Below, in pieces: positions 29,541 to 38,920 of a DNA stretch of 64,000 bases. Location of the stretch: assembly GCA_965215265.1 (NCBI GenBank), contig OZ244048.1, positions 1,536,001 through 1,600,000 of the forward strand. The letters are read 5' to 3'. The stretch's first letter is position 1. Every line of letters begins with the position of its first letter. The position numbers were made by a program, and so were the translations under genes. The notes under the pieces are model-generated. The model searched no databases. It was not told the DNA's origin and saw only the letters and a list, made by a program, of their open reading frames with translations. This DNA comes from Candidatus Poribacteria bacterium. GTDB taxonomy: Bacteria > Poribacteria > WGA-4E > WGA-3G.

Positions 29541-31109
29541 TTAATCTGACAGCGGCGAGATATCCGATACTTGCGTATCACTGAGATCCAGCACTCTCAA
29601 GTTCGTGAGGTTTGCCAGCGGCGAGACATCCGACACTTGCGTACCCCCGAGATCCAACTCTTCCAAGTTGGTGGCGTATTCAAGTCCAGTCAGCTTGCTA
29701 ACGTCTGAGCCACCTAAATCTAGGCTTGTCAAGTCTAGCATATGTACCGAGGTCACAGCCGTCCCCGCGGCGATGTTGAGTGTCTCCTTGATTTTCGCAC
29801 GGAGCGTCTCATCCGGAATGGTCACCTCGACGCTTGTATTTACAGGCACCGTCAGCGTATTCGAGGCCAGGCTCAGGTTGCCCGCTATGTCCATGGTGGC
29901 ATTCTCTGGCACCGTTATTTCCACATTTCCGTCAAAAGCCGACGGCGGCGTGATAGTCGCTCTGTAGACTTTGAAGGCGGAACTATGTTTCACCTGTCCG
30001 TTATCATCCTTCATAGGAGGAAAACCGGGATCCCGATGGTCTAAGCCTATCAACATCGGGGCTGAAACCTGCCAATCAGCCGCGGTGGAGCCCAATGTCA
30101 CCGCGGTGTCATCTACCTTGAGCGTGATGTCCGTCGCCTCGAAGCCTCGCGTGGTATCTGCAATCACACCATCATCGCCACCTCCAATCCCATAATTGTA
30201 GAATAGGAATTCCACATCAAAGGACTCTGTCTGAGTGTCAGGTTCGGTAACAGCCGCATCGGGGTCTGTCGTTGAAAAGTCCACATGGGCGGTGCGGAAA
30301 CCCATCTCATCATGAGTCTCAGCCTTGATCAGCCCGGGAATCCTCACATTCGCCCGGATAGTATCTATGAGATAGTCATAAGTGTTGACATCTGCCTTAT
30401 TATAAAATAAGCCAAGTTTGTTCACAAGCTCGGCCCCGGCCCAAGCTTGTCCTCCTTGATGGGTACGTTTGATGTGATTATTAGCATCGGGAAGATTATA
30501 GGGAGGAACGTTAGGGATCTGAGCAAAACGCAGATCGCCGAAAACGTCATCACCGTCTTGCACCGTGTATGTGAAATATACGACTTTATTATCGAGTTCC
30601 GCCGTGGTCATAGTTTCATTATACACCGCGAGTAAATCCGTTCTGAGGTCCTGGTCTAAACGTAAAACCAGGTACGGCTTGTTGGAATCCGGATTCGTGA
30701 CTGTCACGTCGTCCCCAAATGTCAACTTAAAATGGATATTATCGCCAGTCGTGAAGAATTTAACTGTTCTGTCTGTCGTGGGTATGGAGGTGGAGGTGGA
30801 GTACCCCGGTGCAGTAAGAACATTACCTGTTTGAGCGTCTAGTAGCGGCTGCCCAGCACGATTGTTCCAATCGGCCAGTAACGCTATGCGGGCCGCGTTA
30901 TAGAGGGAATCGCCTGTCACTCGTGGATCGGGCGTGTCTGTCGTTATCTCAAGACTGTCTAAAACCGGTATATTTGCCTGCACGGTAGCCATCGGTGCGG
31001 CTAACATCGCAATCCCGGCTATCGAAATTACAGATGAGATAAATCCGCCACTCAACACGCAAATAAAACACTTAACATATAGAAGGGGGGGGTGCATTCT
31101 TCTCTTCAT
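29541..31109 (-). CDS. Secreted Ig-like protein ending in a short LRR tract (possibly C-terminally truncated)
   Basis: Hydrophobic N-terminus, DIAGN Ig-like motif, IPDETLRAKI cap and about three LRRs before the stop. Confidence 0.7.
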   Translation of the reverse strand: MKRRMHPPLLYVKCFICVLSGGFISSVISIAGIAMLAAPMATVQANIPVLDSLEITTDTPDPRVTGDSLYNAARIALLADWNNRAGQPLLDAQTGNVLTAPGYSTSTSIPTTDRTVKFFTTGDNIHFKLTFGDDVTVTNPDSNKPYLVLRLDQDLRTDLLAVYNETMTTAELDNKVVYFTYTVQDGDDVFGDLRFAQIPNVPPYNLPDANNHIKRTHQGGQAWAGAELVNKLGLFYNKADVNTYDYLIDTIRANVRIPGLIKAETHDEMGFRTAHVDFSTTDPDAAVTEPDTQTESFDVEFLFYNYGIGGGDDGVIADTTRGFEATDITLKVDDTAVTLGSTAADWQVSAPMLIGLDHRDPGFPPMKDDNGQVKHSSAFKVYRATITPPSAFDGNVEITVPENATMDIAGNLSLASNTLTVPVNTSVEVTIPDETLRAKIKETLNIAAGTAVTSVHMLDLTSLDLGGSDVSKLTGLEYATNLEELDLGGTQVSDVSPLANLTNLRVLDLSDTQVSDISPLSD

Positions 31110-31643
31110 CTTATCTAACTCCTTGTTATTCTTTATCCCGTGACGGAATAAACTTTATAGTCTTCTGACTAAGTTATAGAACCCAAAAAAAACACTTTAG
31201 CTATATTATACCATAAAACAAAACGCGAAAAAAAGCCGACTTTTTTCTCTTATATCTATCATGATACCCGCAATCTGAGAAAATTCAATTCTTTTTTTCG
31301 AATTCCTGAAATTGAGCCTTGTATCTATTTGCAGACGATTTTATACACAGGGCTCCAAACGACTTCGTCACACTTATAGAAACGTTATGGGTTGTAAAAG
31401 GGTTACAATACAAAAAATGTCAATCCATTTTACGCCATTTTACGGATGTTGCCTCAAACCGGTTCGGCAACTCACTTTTAATTAAATTAATTATACCTGC
31501 AATCTAAAAGAAATGTCCACTCTTTTTCTCTTGTATCTACTTAAGTATACCACTACCTACACTTGTTGGGGGGACGGAAATATCAACCCGCTTTCCTATC
31601 TTTGTTCTGTATTCAGGCTGCCGCTTCGCACTCGTCCGACATC

Positions 31644-32507
31644 CTAGCCGCGCATAACCCCAGTTTCCTCTAACCAGACTTTCAAGGGAACATCCACATC
31701 CTTGGGAGAAAAATGACCGTTCGCGTTCGTACCTCCTCCCAGCAGCTGCTGACGAATCGGATCGGCGCGATCAAACATCTCTTCCGGAATCGTCATATCG
31801 TCTTTACTCCGCAGCCAGCGGTACCCATAGCCGTAAAATAGCCCTTTTCGCGTAATAGCAGACTCATTTTCACTCCGCGCATGCCAAATCCGACGGTCAA
31901 AGAATACTGCAGCGCCTGGCTTACAGCACATAGGTATCGCCCCCTCCGGAGGAGAACCATCTACTGGGAGTTCTAAAGTATCCAAGAGATGGCTACCGGG
32001 AATCATGTACAAATTTCCGCGCCCTGTTTCTGAACAGTCGGAGAGCCAATACACAACCTTTATCGAAAGCCGCGGGCGTGGCGAACTTTCAATCTCTATA
32101 TTGACACGACCGCTATCCTGATGCCATCCTAACGGCGCTGACTTACCCCGGGATATCTCAGGGCGCGGCGGCGTGATAATCAGATGGCTATGGTAGCAGT
32201 AAATGTTCCAGCCCAAAGCACCCCACACCTTCGGAAACGTTTTATACCAATCCAAAATGTTGACGAATAGCTGATCTTTCCCGAGAACATTGGGATAGAA
32301 AAAGTTTTGGGTTTCTGTCAGAGGCTTTTTGGTATACGCATCGTAACCTGCATCAAGATGCGCTTGGTAAATGCTATCAACACGGTTCTCAAGCCGTTCA
32401 ACGAGCGCCAGTGGCAGCGCGTTTTCCACAATAAAATATCCTTCTTCGTTCAATCCACGGAGTTGTTCAGCCGTGATTTGATGCTGTAGATGCCGTTCAT
32501 CAAGCAT
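31644..32507 (-). CDS. Phytanoyl-CoA dioxygenase (PhyH) family
   Basis: WHQD, IPGSH, FDRRIWH. Confidence 0.88.
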   Translation of the reverse strand: MLDERHLQHQITAEQLRGLNEEGYFIVENALPLALVERLENRVDSIYQAHLDAGYDAYTKKPLTETQNFFYPNVLGKDQLFVNILDWYKTFPKVWGALGWNIYCYHSHLIITPPRPEISRGKSAPLGWHQDSGRVNIEIESSPRPRLSIKVVYWLSDCSETGRGNLYMIPGSHLLDTLELPVDGSPPEGAIPMCCKPGAAVFFDRRIWHARSENESAITRKGLFYGYGYRWLRSKDDMTIPEEMFDRADPIRQQLLGGGTNANGHFSPKDVDVPLKVWLEETGVMRG

Positions 32508-32559
32508 GCTCCACTCCTCCTATTGCATTCAAGACAGTCCAAACTAGTGTGCGTGTCTC

Positions 32560-32826
32560 CTAAGCGGGTAAAGGTCCCTCTATCTCATCTACGAGGTGAA
32601 TAGAATGAATGACATCGCGGAGGTCTGTCAGGGGGACTTTCGTATTGTGTATACAATCAATGAAATGGCGGTGCATTGTTAAAACCCCTTCATAACTGGC
32701 TGAGTCGCGCCGGTCGACACCGTCTACCGCCCATCCGCCCATAACTTTTCTATTGTTGTCCTCATAAATTTCAATCTCTTCAGGAATTTTCAGATAACAT
32801 CCGATGCCGACTCCATGTAATTCAGA
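32560..32826 (-). pseudogene. C-terminal remnant of a Gfo/Idh/MocA-like oxidoreductase
   Basis: ELHGVGIGCY...HFIDCI...PLTDLRD; frame cut at the 29-bp duplicated methyltransferase tail. Confidence 0.5.
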
Positions 32827-32855
32827 AACTACGACATCAAGTATCGGATGGGGTT
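32827..32855 (+). repeat. 29-bp exact copy of methyltransferase 3' end (22889-22917)
   Basis: aactacgacatcaagtatcggatggggtt at both sites. Confidence 0.9.
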
Positions 32856-32989
32856 AGCAAAGGACTAAGACGGTTGAACAAACCGCTTCCCTAAAGGAAA
32901 TGCCGCTGCAGATACCCAATAGTATGGATAAATAAACAGATGTCAACAAGCGCATCTGGGATGATATAAATCCTGATTCCGTTAATTAA

Positions 32990-33862
32990 TTATCCATGCC
33001 AATTCAGATCGATGCTGGTGTATCCGTGCGTGTATTGGTGGAGATGGGGCGGTAATTCTGTTAAAAACTGCCTACCCGCGTCCGGTATCTCCCAGGGAAT
33101 ATCGATGTGATGGGCCCGGCTCCGGAAACCGACACCGCACGACAACCGAATTTCATCGATTTGATTGGGGAATGCGGCGTGATACGTCCGGTGTGCAAAC
33201 ACAATCATATCCCCCGGATTCGTGAAGAGCGGCACTAACCCCGGAATATCAAAACCGTTGTATGCTTTTTCTTCTTCACCTGCTTTATAGAAGGAACGTC
33301 TGTCCGCTGTCATGTTGAAACCTTCGGGCCCTTTCCAGTTTTCAACATGAGAATCTTCAATTATGCACAGCCCTCCATGTTCCGGACGAGAACCGGTCAG
33401 GTAGAACCATTTGCCGGAGGGCCACATGCCCCGGTTGAGCACATCCCCTGAATTTTTGGGTGATTCGTTCGAAAACCCACACCAATCTGTGTGCCATGCG
33501 ACAGGCTGAGACTCCGGCATCCGAATAATAGCGGCGGAACGGTGAAGTGTCAGTTCGTCCGTCCCGAGCAGGTGTCGGTGGATTTTCATAAAGGGTTCGT
33601 ATCCTAAGATTTGCCATGCCCCTGCTCCGGATTCGATCCAAGCGTGTCGTGTACGGCTTTGCCCTGGCTGCAATTCTCTGTTCGGGTCCGTTCCAACGAA
33701 AACCGCCTGTTTTAAACTGTCAACCCACTCATGTGGTAAGACATCTTTAATAATTGCGAAGCCGTGTGCGTCTAGACATTCGGACATCAGAGGAAGCTCA
33801 TCGACGGTAAATTCGTAGGTATATTCCAGTTCAGGTTTTTGAATCTGTAGGTAATGTTCCAT
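32990..33862 (-). CDS. Phytanoyl-CoA dioxygenase (PhyH) family
   Basis: WHTD, IEDSH, PGDMIVFAHRTYH. Confidence 0.85.
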   Translation of the reverse strand: MEHYLQIQKPELEYTYEFTVDELPLMSECLDAHGFAIIKDVLPHEWVDSLKQAVFVGTDPNRELQPGQSRTRHAWIESGAGAWQILGYEPFMKIHRHLLGTDELTLHRSAAIIRMPESQPVAWHTDWCGFSNESPKNSGDVLNRGMWPSGKWFYLTGSRPEHGGLCIIEDSHVENWKGPEGFNMTADRRSFYKAGEEEKAYNGFDIPGLVPLFTNPGDMIVFAHRTYHAAFPNQIDEIRLSCGVGFRSRAHHIDIPWEIPDAGRQFLTELPPHLHQYTHGYTSIDLNWHG

Positions 33863-34220
33863 AATTTCGTCAGACCTAATTGCCGTAGATATTAAGTGCT
33901 GTCATTTTAGCAGACGTTCAGCGTTGCGTCAACCGTATTTTTTTTTGAGCAGGAGGCGTGCCTGGGAAATCGATTCTGCAGGGGAAAAAACTCAAAAGGT
34001 ATCATGCACTTGCATGAATTGCTAGCTTTTGTTAAAATATGACTGCTTCATAAACATCTCCACTCATAGCAAAGCATTCATTTTCCAAGGATTCGGTATA
34101 AGAGCGCCCGAATAGGCAAACGAGATAAGAACTATAATTTGGTTCGTTCATTACATCTGTCGCGACATTCGCCTGGGTAATGGCTAAATAACCAGGGCAA
34201 ATAGGAACATAAAGCAGGCA

Positions 34221-34868
34221 GTGACACAATCAATTCAACTTATCACACAAAAAGAGACGAATTATCCGGCAGGGTTGAAGGACTATCTAAAAACAGCAAC
34301 CCCAGAAATTATCTGGGTGAGGGGGAATATCGGCTTATTTCCGGGAGCGAATACCAGTTTAAACGGAGATCTCTGGACGTTCTTTTGCTCCAGCAAATGT
34401 CCGGGGGAAATTATTTTGAAAGCACATGAGTTGGCACAAGCATTCAAGGAAACAGGGGTTCCAACAATTGGTGGCTATCATTCCCCGGTTGAACGTGAAT
34501 GCTTACGCGTCTTACTGCGTGGTTCACAACCGATTCTCTTATGCCCGGCACGGAGCATCGAAAATATGCGGTTGAAACCGGCGTGGAAAGGTGCGTTAGC
34601 CGGGGGGCGTTTATTAATTGTATCTATTTTTGGGGGTTTCCATCGGCGATCGACTGCTGCATTGGCGAAGCAGCGCAACGTTTTCGTTGCAGCACTTTCG
34701 GACAAAATTTGTATCGCGCACGCTGCCAAAAACAGCAAAACCTTGGAATTCGCAGAGATGATAGTGGCGTGGGGTAAACCTATTTTCACTTTTGAGGTAC
34801 CAGCAAACGATGCACTTTTTCAACTGGGGGCGCAGCCGATAGAGGCGTACTTCGGCTGCCTGCAATAA
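34221..34868 (+). CDS. Short DprA-like (SLOG fold) protein
   Basis: FFCSSKCPG, GGYHSPVERECL, RNVFVAALSD. Confidence 0.75.
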   Translation: MTQSIQLITQKETNYPAGLKDYLKTATPEIIWVRGNIGLFPGANTSLNGDLWTFFCSSKCPGEIILKAHELAQAFKETGVPTIGGYHSPVERECLRVLLRGSQPILLCPARSIENMRLKPAWKGALAGGRLLIVSIFGGFHRRSTAALAKQRNVFVAALSDKICIAHAAKNSKTLEFAEMIVAWGKPIFTFEVPANDALFQLGAQPIEAYFGCLQ

Positions 34869-35006
34869 CATTTTTCGCAGGTAAGCATAGGGTCTATTTT
34901 CGTTCTGGGAGTGGCCCTTGGTATGTTTCAGGATTGCAATCTTGATTCTATAACAGGCTTCAAGGCATCCAAGGCACACCTAAACGGACAAAAACAAGAA
35001 AAAAAT

Positions 35007-35035
35007 TTGACATCGTTAAAAAAAAGTGTTATACT
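35007..35035 (+). promoter_or_regulatory. Sigma70-type promoter
   Basis: TTGACA-17 nt-TATACT upstream of the SDR gene. Confidence 0.65.
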
Positions 35036-35081
35036 TATTTTATAATGTAGATTTTGTTTTTTGAAAGGATTCGGTTGAAAT

Positions 35082-35873
35082 ATGGAGCTCGGACTCACGG
35101 ACAAAGTTGCTGTAGTGGGTGCATCCAGTAAAGGGCTTGGTCGTGCCATTGCTGTTGGATTGGCACGAGAAGGCGTGAAAGTCACTATCTGTGCAAGAAA
35201 CAGTGATGCACTTGAGGCGACAGCTAACGAGATTCGCCAAGAAACAGGGGCTGAGGTTCTGGCTGTTCCTACCGATGTGAGTGTCCCTGCACAGGTTAAT
35301 ACACTCATTGACAACGCAATAAATCAGTTTGGCGGCATTGATATTTTGGTGAATAATGCGGGGGGTCCGCGTGCAGGACGGTTTGCAGAGTTGTCTGCCG
35401 AAGATTATCAGACTGCGGTTCAATTAAACCTGATGAGTACCATAAACCTCTGTCGTGCCGTTGTGCCCACAATGCAGGCACGCGGTGGAGGGCGAATCAT
35501 CAACCTCACTTCAGTCTCTGTGAAACAGCCGGTGGACGGATTGATGCTGTCAAATATGGCACGGACGGGTGTCATCGGGTTTGCCAAAACATTAGCGACG
35601 GAACTGGCTCCCGACAAAATCCTGGTTAACAACGTGTGCCCCGGGATTATTTTCACGGATCGTATCCGCCAGTTAGCAACGGTGCGTGCAGAAGAGAGCG
35701 GACTCCCTTTTGATGAGGTGCTTGAGAAGATGATAGCGGATATTCCGCTCGGTAGAATTGGAGAACCGGAAGAGTTTGCGAACCTTGTTGTATTTCTTGC
35801 CTCCGCACGTGCGAGTTATATTACAGGGACGACGATTCAAGTTGATGGGGGTATGGTGAAGGCTCTGCTTTAA
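35082..35873 (+). CDS. Short-chain dehydrogenase/reductase
   Basis: GASSKGLG, NNAGGP, YITGTTIQVDGG. Confidence 0.92.
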   Translation: MELGLTDKVAVVGASSKGLGRAIAVGLAREGVKVTICARNSDALEATANEIRQETGAEVLAVPTDVSVPAQVNTLIDNAINQFGGIDILVNNAGGPRAGRFAELSAEDYQTAVQLNLMSTINLCRAVVPTMQARGGGRIINLTSVSVKQPVDGLMLSNMARTGVIGFAKTLATELAPDKILVNNVCPGIIFTDRIRQLATVRAEESGLPFDEVLEKMIADIPLGRIGEPEEFANLVVFLASARASYITGTTIQVDGGMVKALL

Positions 35874-35933
35874 TGACGTTACGCGTCTGGAGAGACAAAT
35901 TATTACCGTAATATAGCATTAGAGGAGTGATGA

Positions 35934-36653
35934 ATGATGATAATATCTGTAATCATTCCTGCGTTTAACGAAGAGAGGACAATTCAAGAAGTCGTCGATG
36001 CTGTACAGGCGCTTCCAATTCAGACACAGATTATAGTTGTTAATGACGGTTCTACGGATAGGACCTACGTGATTCTGGAAGAGCTACTTAAGAATCATAA
36101 TGCACGCCTACACGGTTCATCGCTTACCGTTGTCCAGTATAAAGAGAATAGAGGCAAAGGGTTTGCAATTCGGAAGGGTTTGTTCCATGTTGAAGGTGAT
36201 GCTGTGGTGATTCAAGATGCAGACTCGGAGCTCTGTCCGAAAGACCTCTTGAAGTTAGTAGAACCATTGAAAAAGGAAGAGATTGACGTTGTTTATGGTT
36301 CGCGTTTTCTCAACGGTCGGGGAAACGCGAGTTACCTCAATTTTGTAGCGAATCGGTTGCTTGCCATGTATACCAATCTGCTTTACGGATGCCGCATCAC
36401 TGATGAATCTACAGGGTATAAAGCTTTTTCGGCAGCATTGATAACCCGGTTAAATTTGAAATGCGAAGGGTTTGAATTTTGTCCAGAAGTTACGGCGAAG
36501 ATATTGCGTGCAGGCTATCATATCCGTGAGGTACCGGTTTCGTATTTTCCGCGCACGAAAAAGGAGGGTAAGAAACTACGATTCTGGTCAGATGGATTTT
36601 TTGCCGCGTGGACGCTTTTAAAATATCGGTTTCTATCAAAGATCGATCTATAG
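35934..36653 (+). CDS. Glycosyltransferase family 2 (DPM1-like)
   Basis: IIPAFNEE, VNDGSTD, QDAD, VYGSRF. Confidence 0.9.
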   Translation: MMIISVIIPAFNEERTIQEVVDAVQALPIQTQIIVVNDGSTDRTYVILEELLKNHNARLHGSSLTVVQYKENRGKGFAIRKGLFHVEGDAVVIQDADSELCPKDLLKLVEPLKKEEIDVVYGSRFLNGRGNASYLNFVANRLLAMYTNLLYGCRITDESTGYKAFSAALITRLNLKCEGFEFCPEVTAKILRAGYHIREVPVSYFPRTKKEGKKLRFWSDGFFAAWTLLKYRFLSKIDL

Positions 36654-36656
36654 ATC

Positions 36657-36892
36657 GCCACTCCTCTCTCCTGCGAAGAGAGACAAAGAAAGGAATTGGG
36701 TGGGCACCACCCTCAACTTCGTAATCTTATCTCTCCTTTAGGAGAGATAAAGAATACCGAACTTGCCAATCTATAGATCGTCGGAGATGACTTAGGTTTA
36801 GTCTTTAAAAATCTAAACATCAGAACCCTCTGGCGAGATTTGTAAAGGATTTAACATAGCAGCCGCCTTTATTAGGCTCCTGTATACAAAAA
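36657..36892. repeat. Palindrome-family copy followed by partial inverted A arm and full B arm
   Basis: 36657-36709 resembles the reverse complement of 8710-8765; ggcgagattt...ggctcctgtatacaaaaa. Confidence 0.8.
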
Positions 36893-36968
36893 GTTGTATG
36901 CCTGCTATAAGTCCTGTTTACCTGAGTCTATTAAGTCATTATAATAAAAAAATGGAGGTTAATCAATT

Positions 36969-38657
36969 ATGTTTAAAAAAAACATCAGTGTCCTTCCACC
37001 TTGGAAGGCCGCTGATTCGCTCGCAGGAGATAGAAAATCTTACACACAGGTTTCGTTATATTCTGTCTTAATTCTAACGCTAATGTTATCAGGGTGGTTA
37101 GTTTTCTCAGCATTTGGGCATAGTGACACATCAGCATTTCTGGAGGACGTTAACAAAGATGGTGTAGTCAACATCCAAGACCTGGTGCTTGTTGCGGCTG
37201 CTTTTGGTAATGCGGCAGACCGGAACGCGCTGCAAAGTCCTGATGTGAATCGCGATGGTATCATCAATGTGCTGGATCTTGTGCGTGTGGGCAATAGTTT
37301 CGGCCAGAGAGGCGAGGTTGACAATTCGACGTATCATGATATTCAGGATTATGTGTTCGATAAAAGTTGTGCAAATAGCGTGTGCCATGCCGCGCCGGCT
37401 AACGCTGCAAACCTGAATCTCACCTATGGGCTCTCTTATGAGGATTTAGTCGGCCGGACACCGCAGAATCCTGCGGCTGCAGCGGCAGGGATGAAATTGG
37501 TGGATCCGGGGAATCCAGATAACAGTTTCCTTTTAACAAAATTGGTGGGCCCCCCGCCGGAACAGGGGACTCGGATGCCGTTTAATGCCGGGCCTATTCA
37601 TGAGGGGAAGATAGAAGCGATTCGGACTTGGATTGCGGCGGGCGCGCCTCAAGACGATCAGCTTGCCGGTATCGGAGACCTCTCTGTACTACGCGATCCG
37701 GAGGAAACGTTTGTGGCACCTGCACCGCCCGCACCTGGGCAAGGCTACCAACTCCGGCTCCCTCCCTTCAAAATTGAACCGGGAACAGAACGAGAAGTCT
37801 TCTATGCAACGCAAATTAAGGATGAAAATGGGCAGCCGCCGGCGGGCGACATCTTTATTAACAAAGTTGAGATTTATTACCCCTCTGGTAGCCATCACTT
37901 CATCGTCTATCGCATTACAGAGGAAGGATTGGCGAAGGATGTCCTGAGTAGAGGTGTGATGCCCGGTATTGCTGTCGACCCGGCAGAGAGTTTCCGAGAG
38001 CTTGATACCGAAGATCCGCAGGTCCTCGGGAATTTTGGAATTGATCGGCTTTTCGTAATAGGGACACAGACAGACGACACCTCGTTTGAATTTCCAGAGG
38101 GTGTGGCCCTAAGGCTCCCTGGCAACACAGTCTACGATCTGAATTCGCATTACATCAATCTATTGGGAACGGAGCCTCTCATCGGGGAAACGTATGTAAA
38201 TTTCTACACGATTCCGGAAGAAGAGGTGCAATACGAGGCGGTGGAAATCTTCATTTCTAATCGGAGCATTTACGTGCCGCCTGGGACGACACGGCTTGCC
38301 ACAATGGATATGTTTGTTGAGGATGAGCTCGAACGCCGGGGCCACACGCCTGATACAAAGTTGAATGTGTTCTTGCTGACATCTCATATGCACCGTCACG
38401 GCGAGTTGTTTGAAATCAATCAGATGTCGACGGATGAATTGTTGCATCGGAGCGTGGCTTATGACGATGCCCCAATAACCTTATTCGATCCGGCTCTCGT
38501 CTTAGACGTAACAGATGGACTCAGTTTCCAATGCACGCACAGCAACTATGATACGCCTACGCCTCTCGAATTCGGACTGACCTCTGAGGACGAGATGTGT
38601 ATCATGTTCGGTTATTACTATATCCCAACTGCAAATGCAGGGGAACAAATTAAGTAG
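36969..38657 (+). CDS. Secreted dockerin plus copper type II ascorbate-dependent monooxygenase-like protein
   Basis: DVNKDG/DVNRDG, CANSVCH, SHHF, NSHY, SHMHRHG and DEMC copper-ligand pattern. Confidence 0.75.
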   Translation: MFKKNISVLPPWKAADSLAGDRKSYTQVSLYSVLILTLMLSGWLVFSAFGHSDTSAFLEDVNKDGVVNIQDLVLVAAAFGNAADRNALQSPDVNRDGIINVLDLVRVGNSFGQRGEVDNSTYHDIQDYVFDKSCANSVCHAAPANAANLNLTYGLSYEDLVGRTPQNPAAAAAGMKLVDPGNPDNSFLLTKLVGPPPEQGTRMPFNAGPIHEGKIEAIRTWIAAGAPQDDQLAGIGDLSVLRDPEETFVAPAPPAPGQGYQLRLPPFKIEPGTEREVFYATQIKDENGQPPAGDIFINKVEIYYPSGSHHFIVYRITEEGLAKDVLSRGVMPGIAVDPAESFRELDTEDPQVLGNFGIDRLFVIGTQTDDTSFEFPEGVALRLPGNTVYDLNSHYINLLGTEPLIGETYVNFYTIPEEEVQYEAVEIFISNRSIYVPPGTTRLATMDMFVEDELERRGHTPDTKLNVFLLTSHMHRHGELFEINQMSTDELLHRSVAYDDAPITLFDPALVLDVTDGLSFQCTHSNYDTPTPLEFGLTSEDEMCIMFGYYYIPTANAGEQIK

Positions 38658-38668
38658 GAAGCCTGACA

Positions 38669-38707
38669 TTATATGAGTGGGTACTTTTTGAGTACCTGCT
38701 CATATAA
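38669..38707 (+). terminator. Hairpin after stop, probable terminator
   Basis: ttatatgagtgggtact...agtacctgctcatataa followed by a T run. Confidence 0.55.
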
Positions 38708-38709
38708 CG

Positions 38710-38909
38710 TTTTTCGTATATTTCAGCCCAATAAAGGTCTTTTGTATACAGGAGCCCAATAAAGGCGGCTGCTATGTTAAATCCTTTACAAATCTCGTCT
38801 GAGCCTTCTGAAGCTTTGACTTCAAAAGACTATACCGAAGGTGTCTCCGACGAGATGTACATCGGATTTAACAAGACATAACCCTTGATGGGGCTGAAAT
38901 ATACAAAAA
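38710..38909. repeat. Inverted B/A pair of the dispersed repeat
   Basis: ttttgtatacaggagccc...aaatctcgtc / gacgagatgt...ggggctgaaatatacaaaaa; A arm matches 45189-45275 in reverse. Confidence 0.88.
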
Positions 38910-38920
38910 GATGTTTTCCT

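Noticed and set aside
31330-31420. Degenerate copy of the dispersed repeat
   Set aside because: Only short partial matches with wrong spacing
25270-31600. DGR template repeat or reverse transcriptase near the FGE gene
   Set aside because: No AAC-rich copy of the variable region and no RT motifs found by eye
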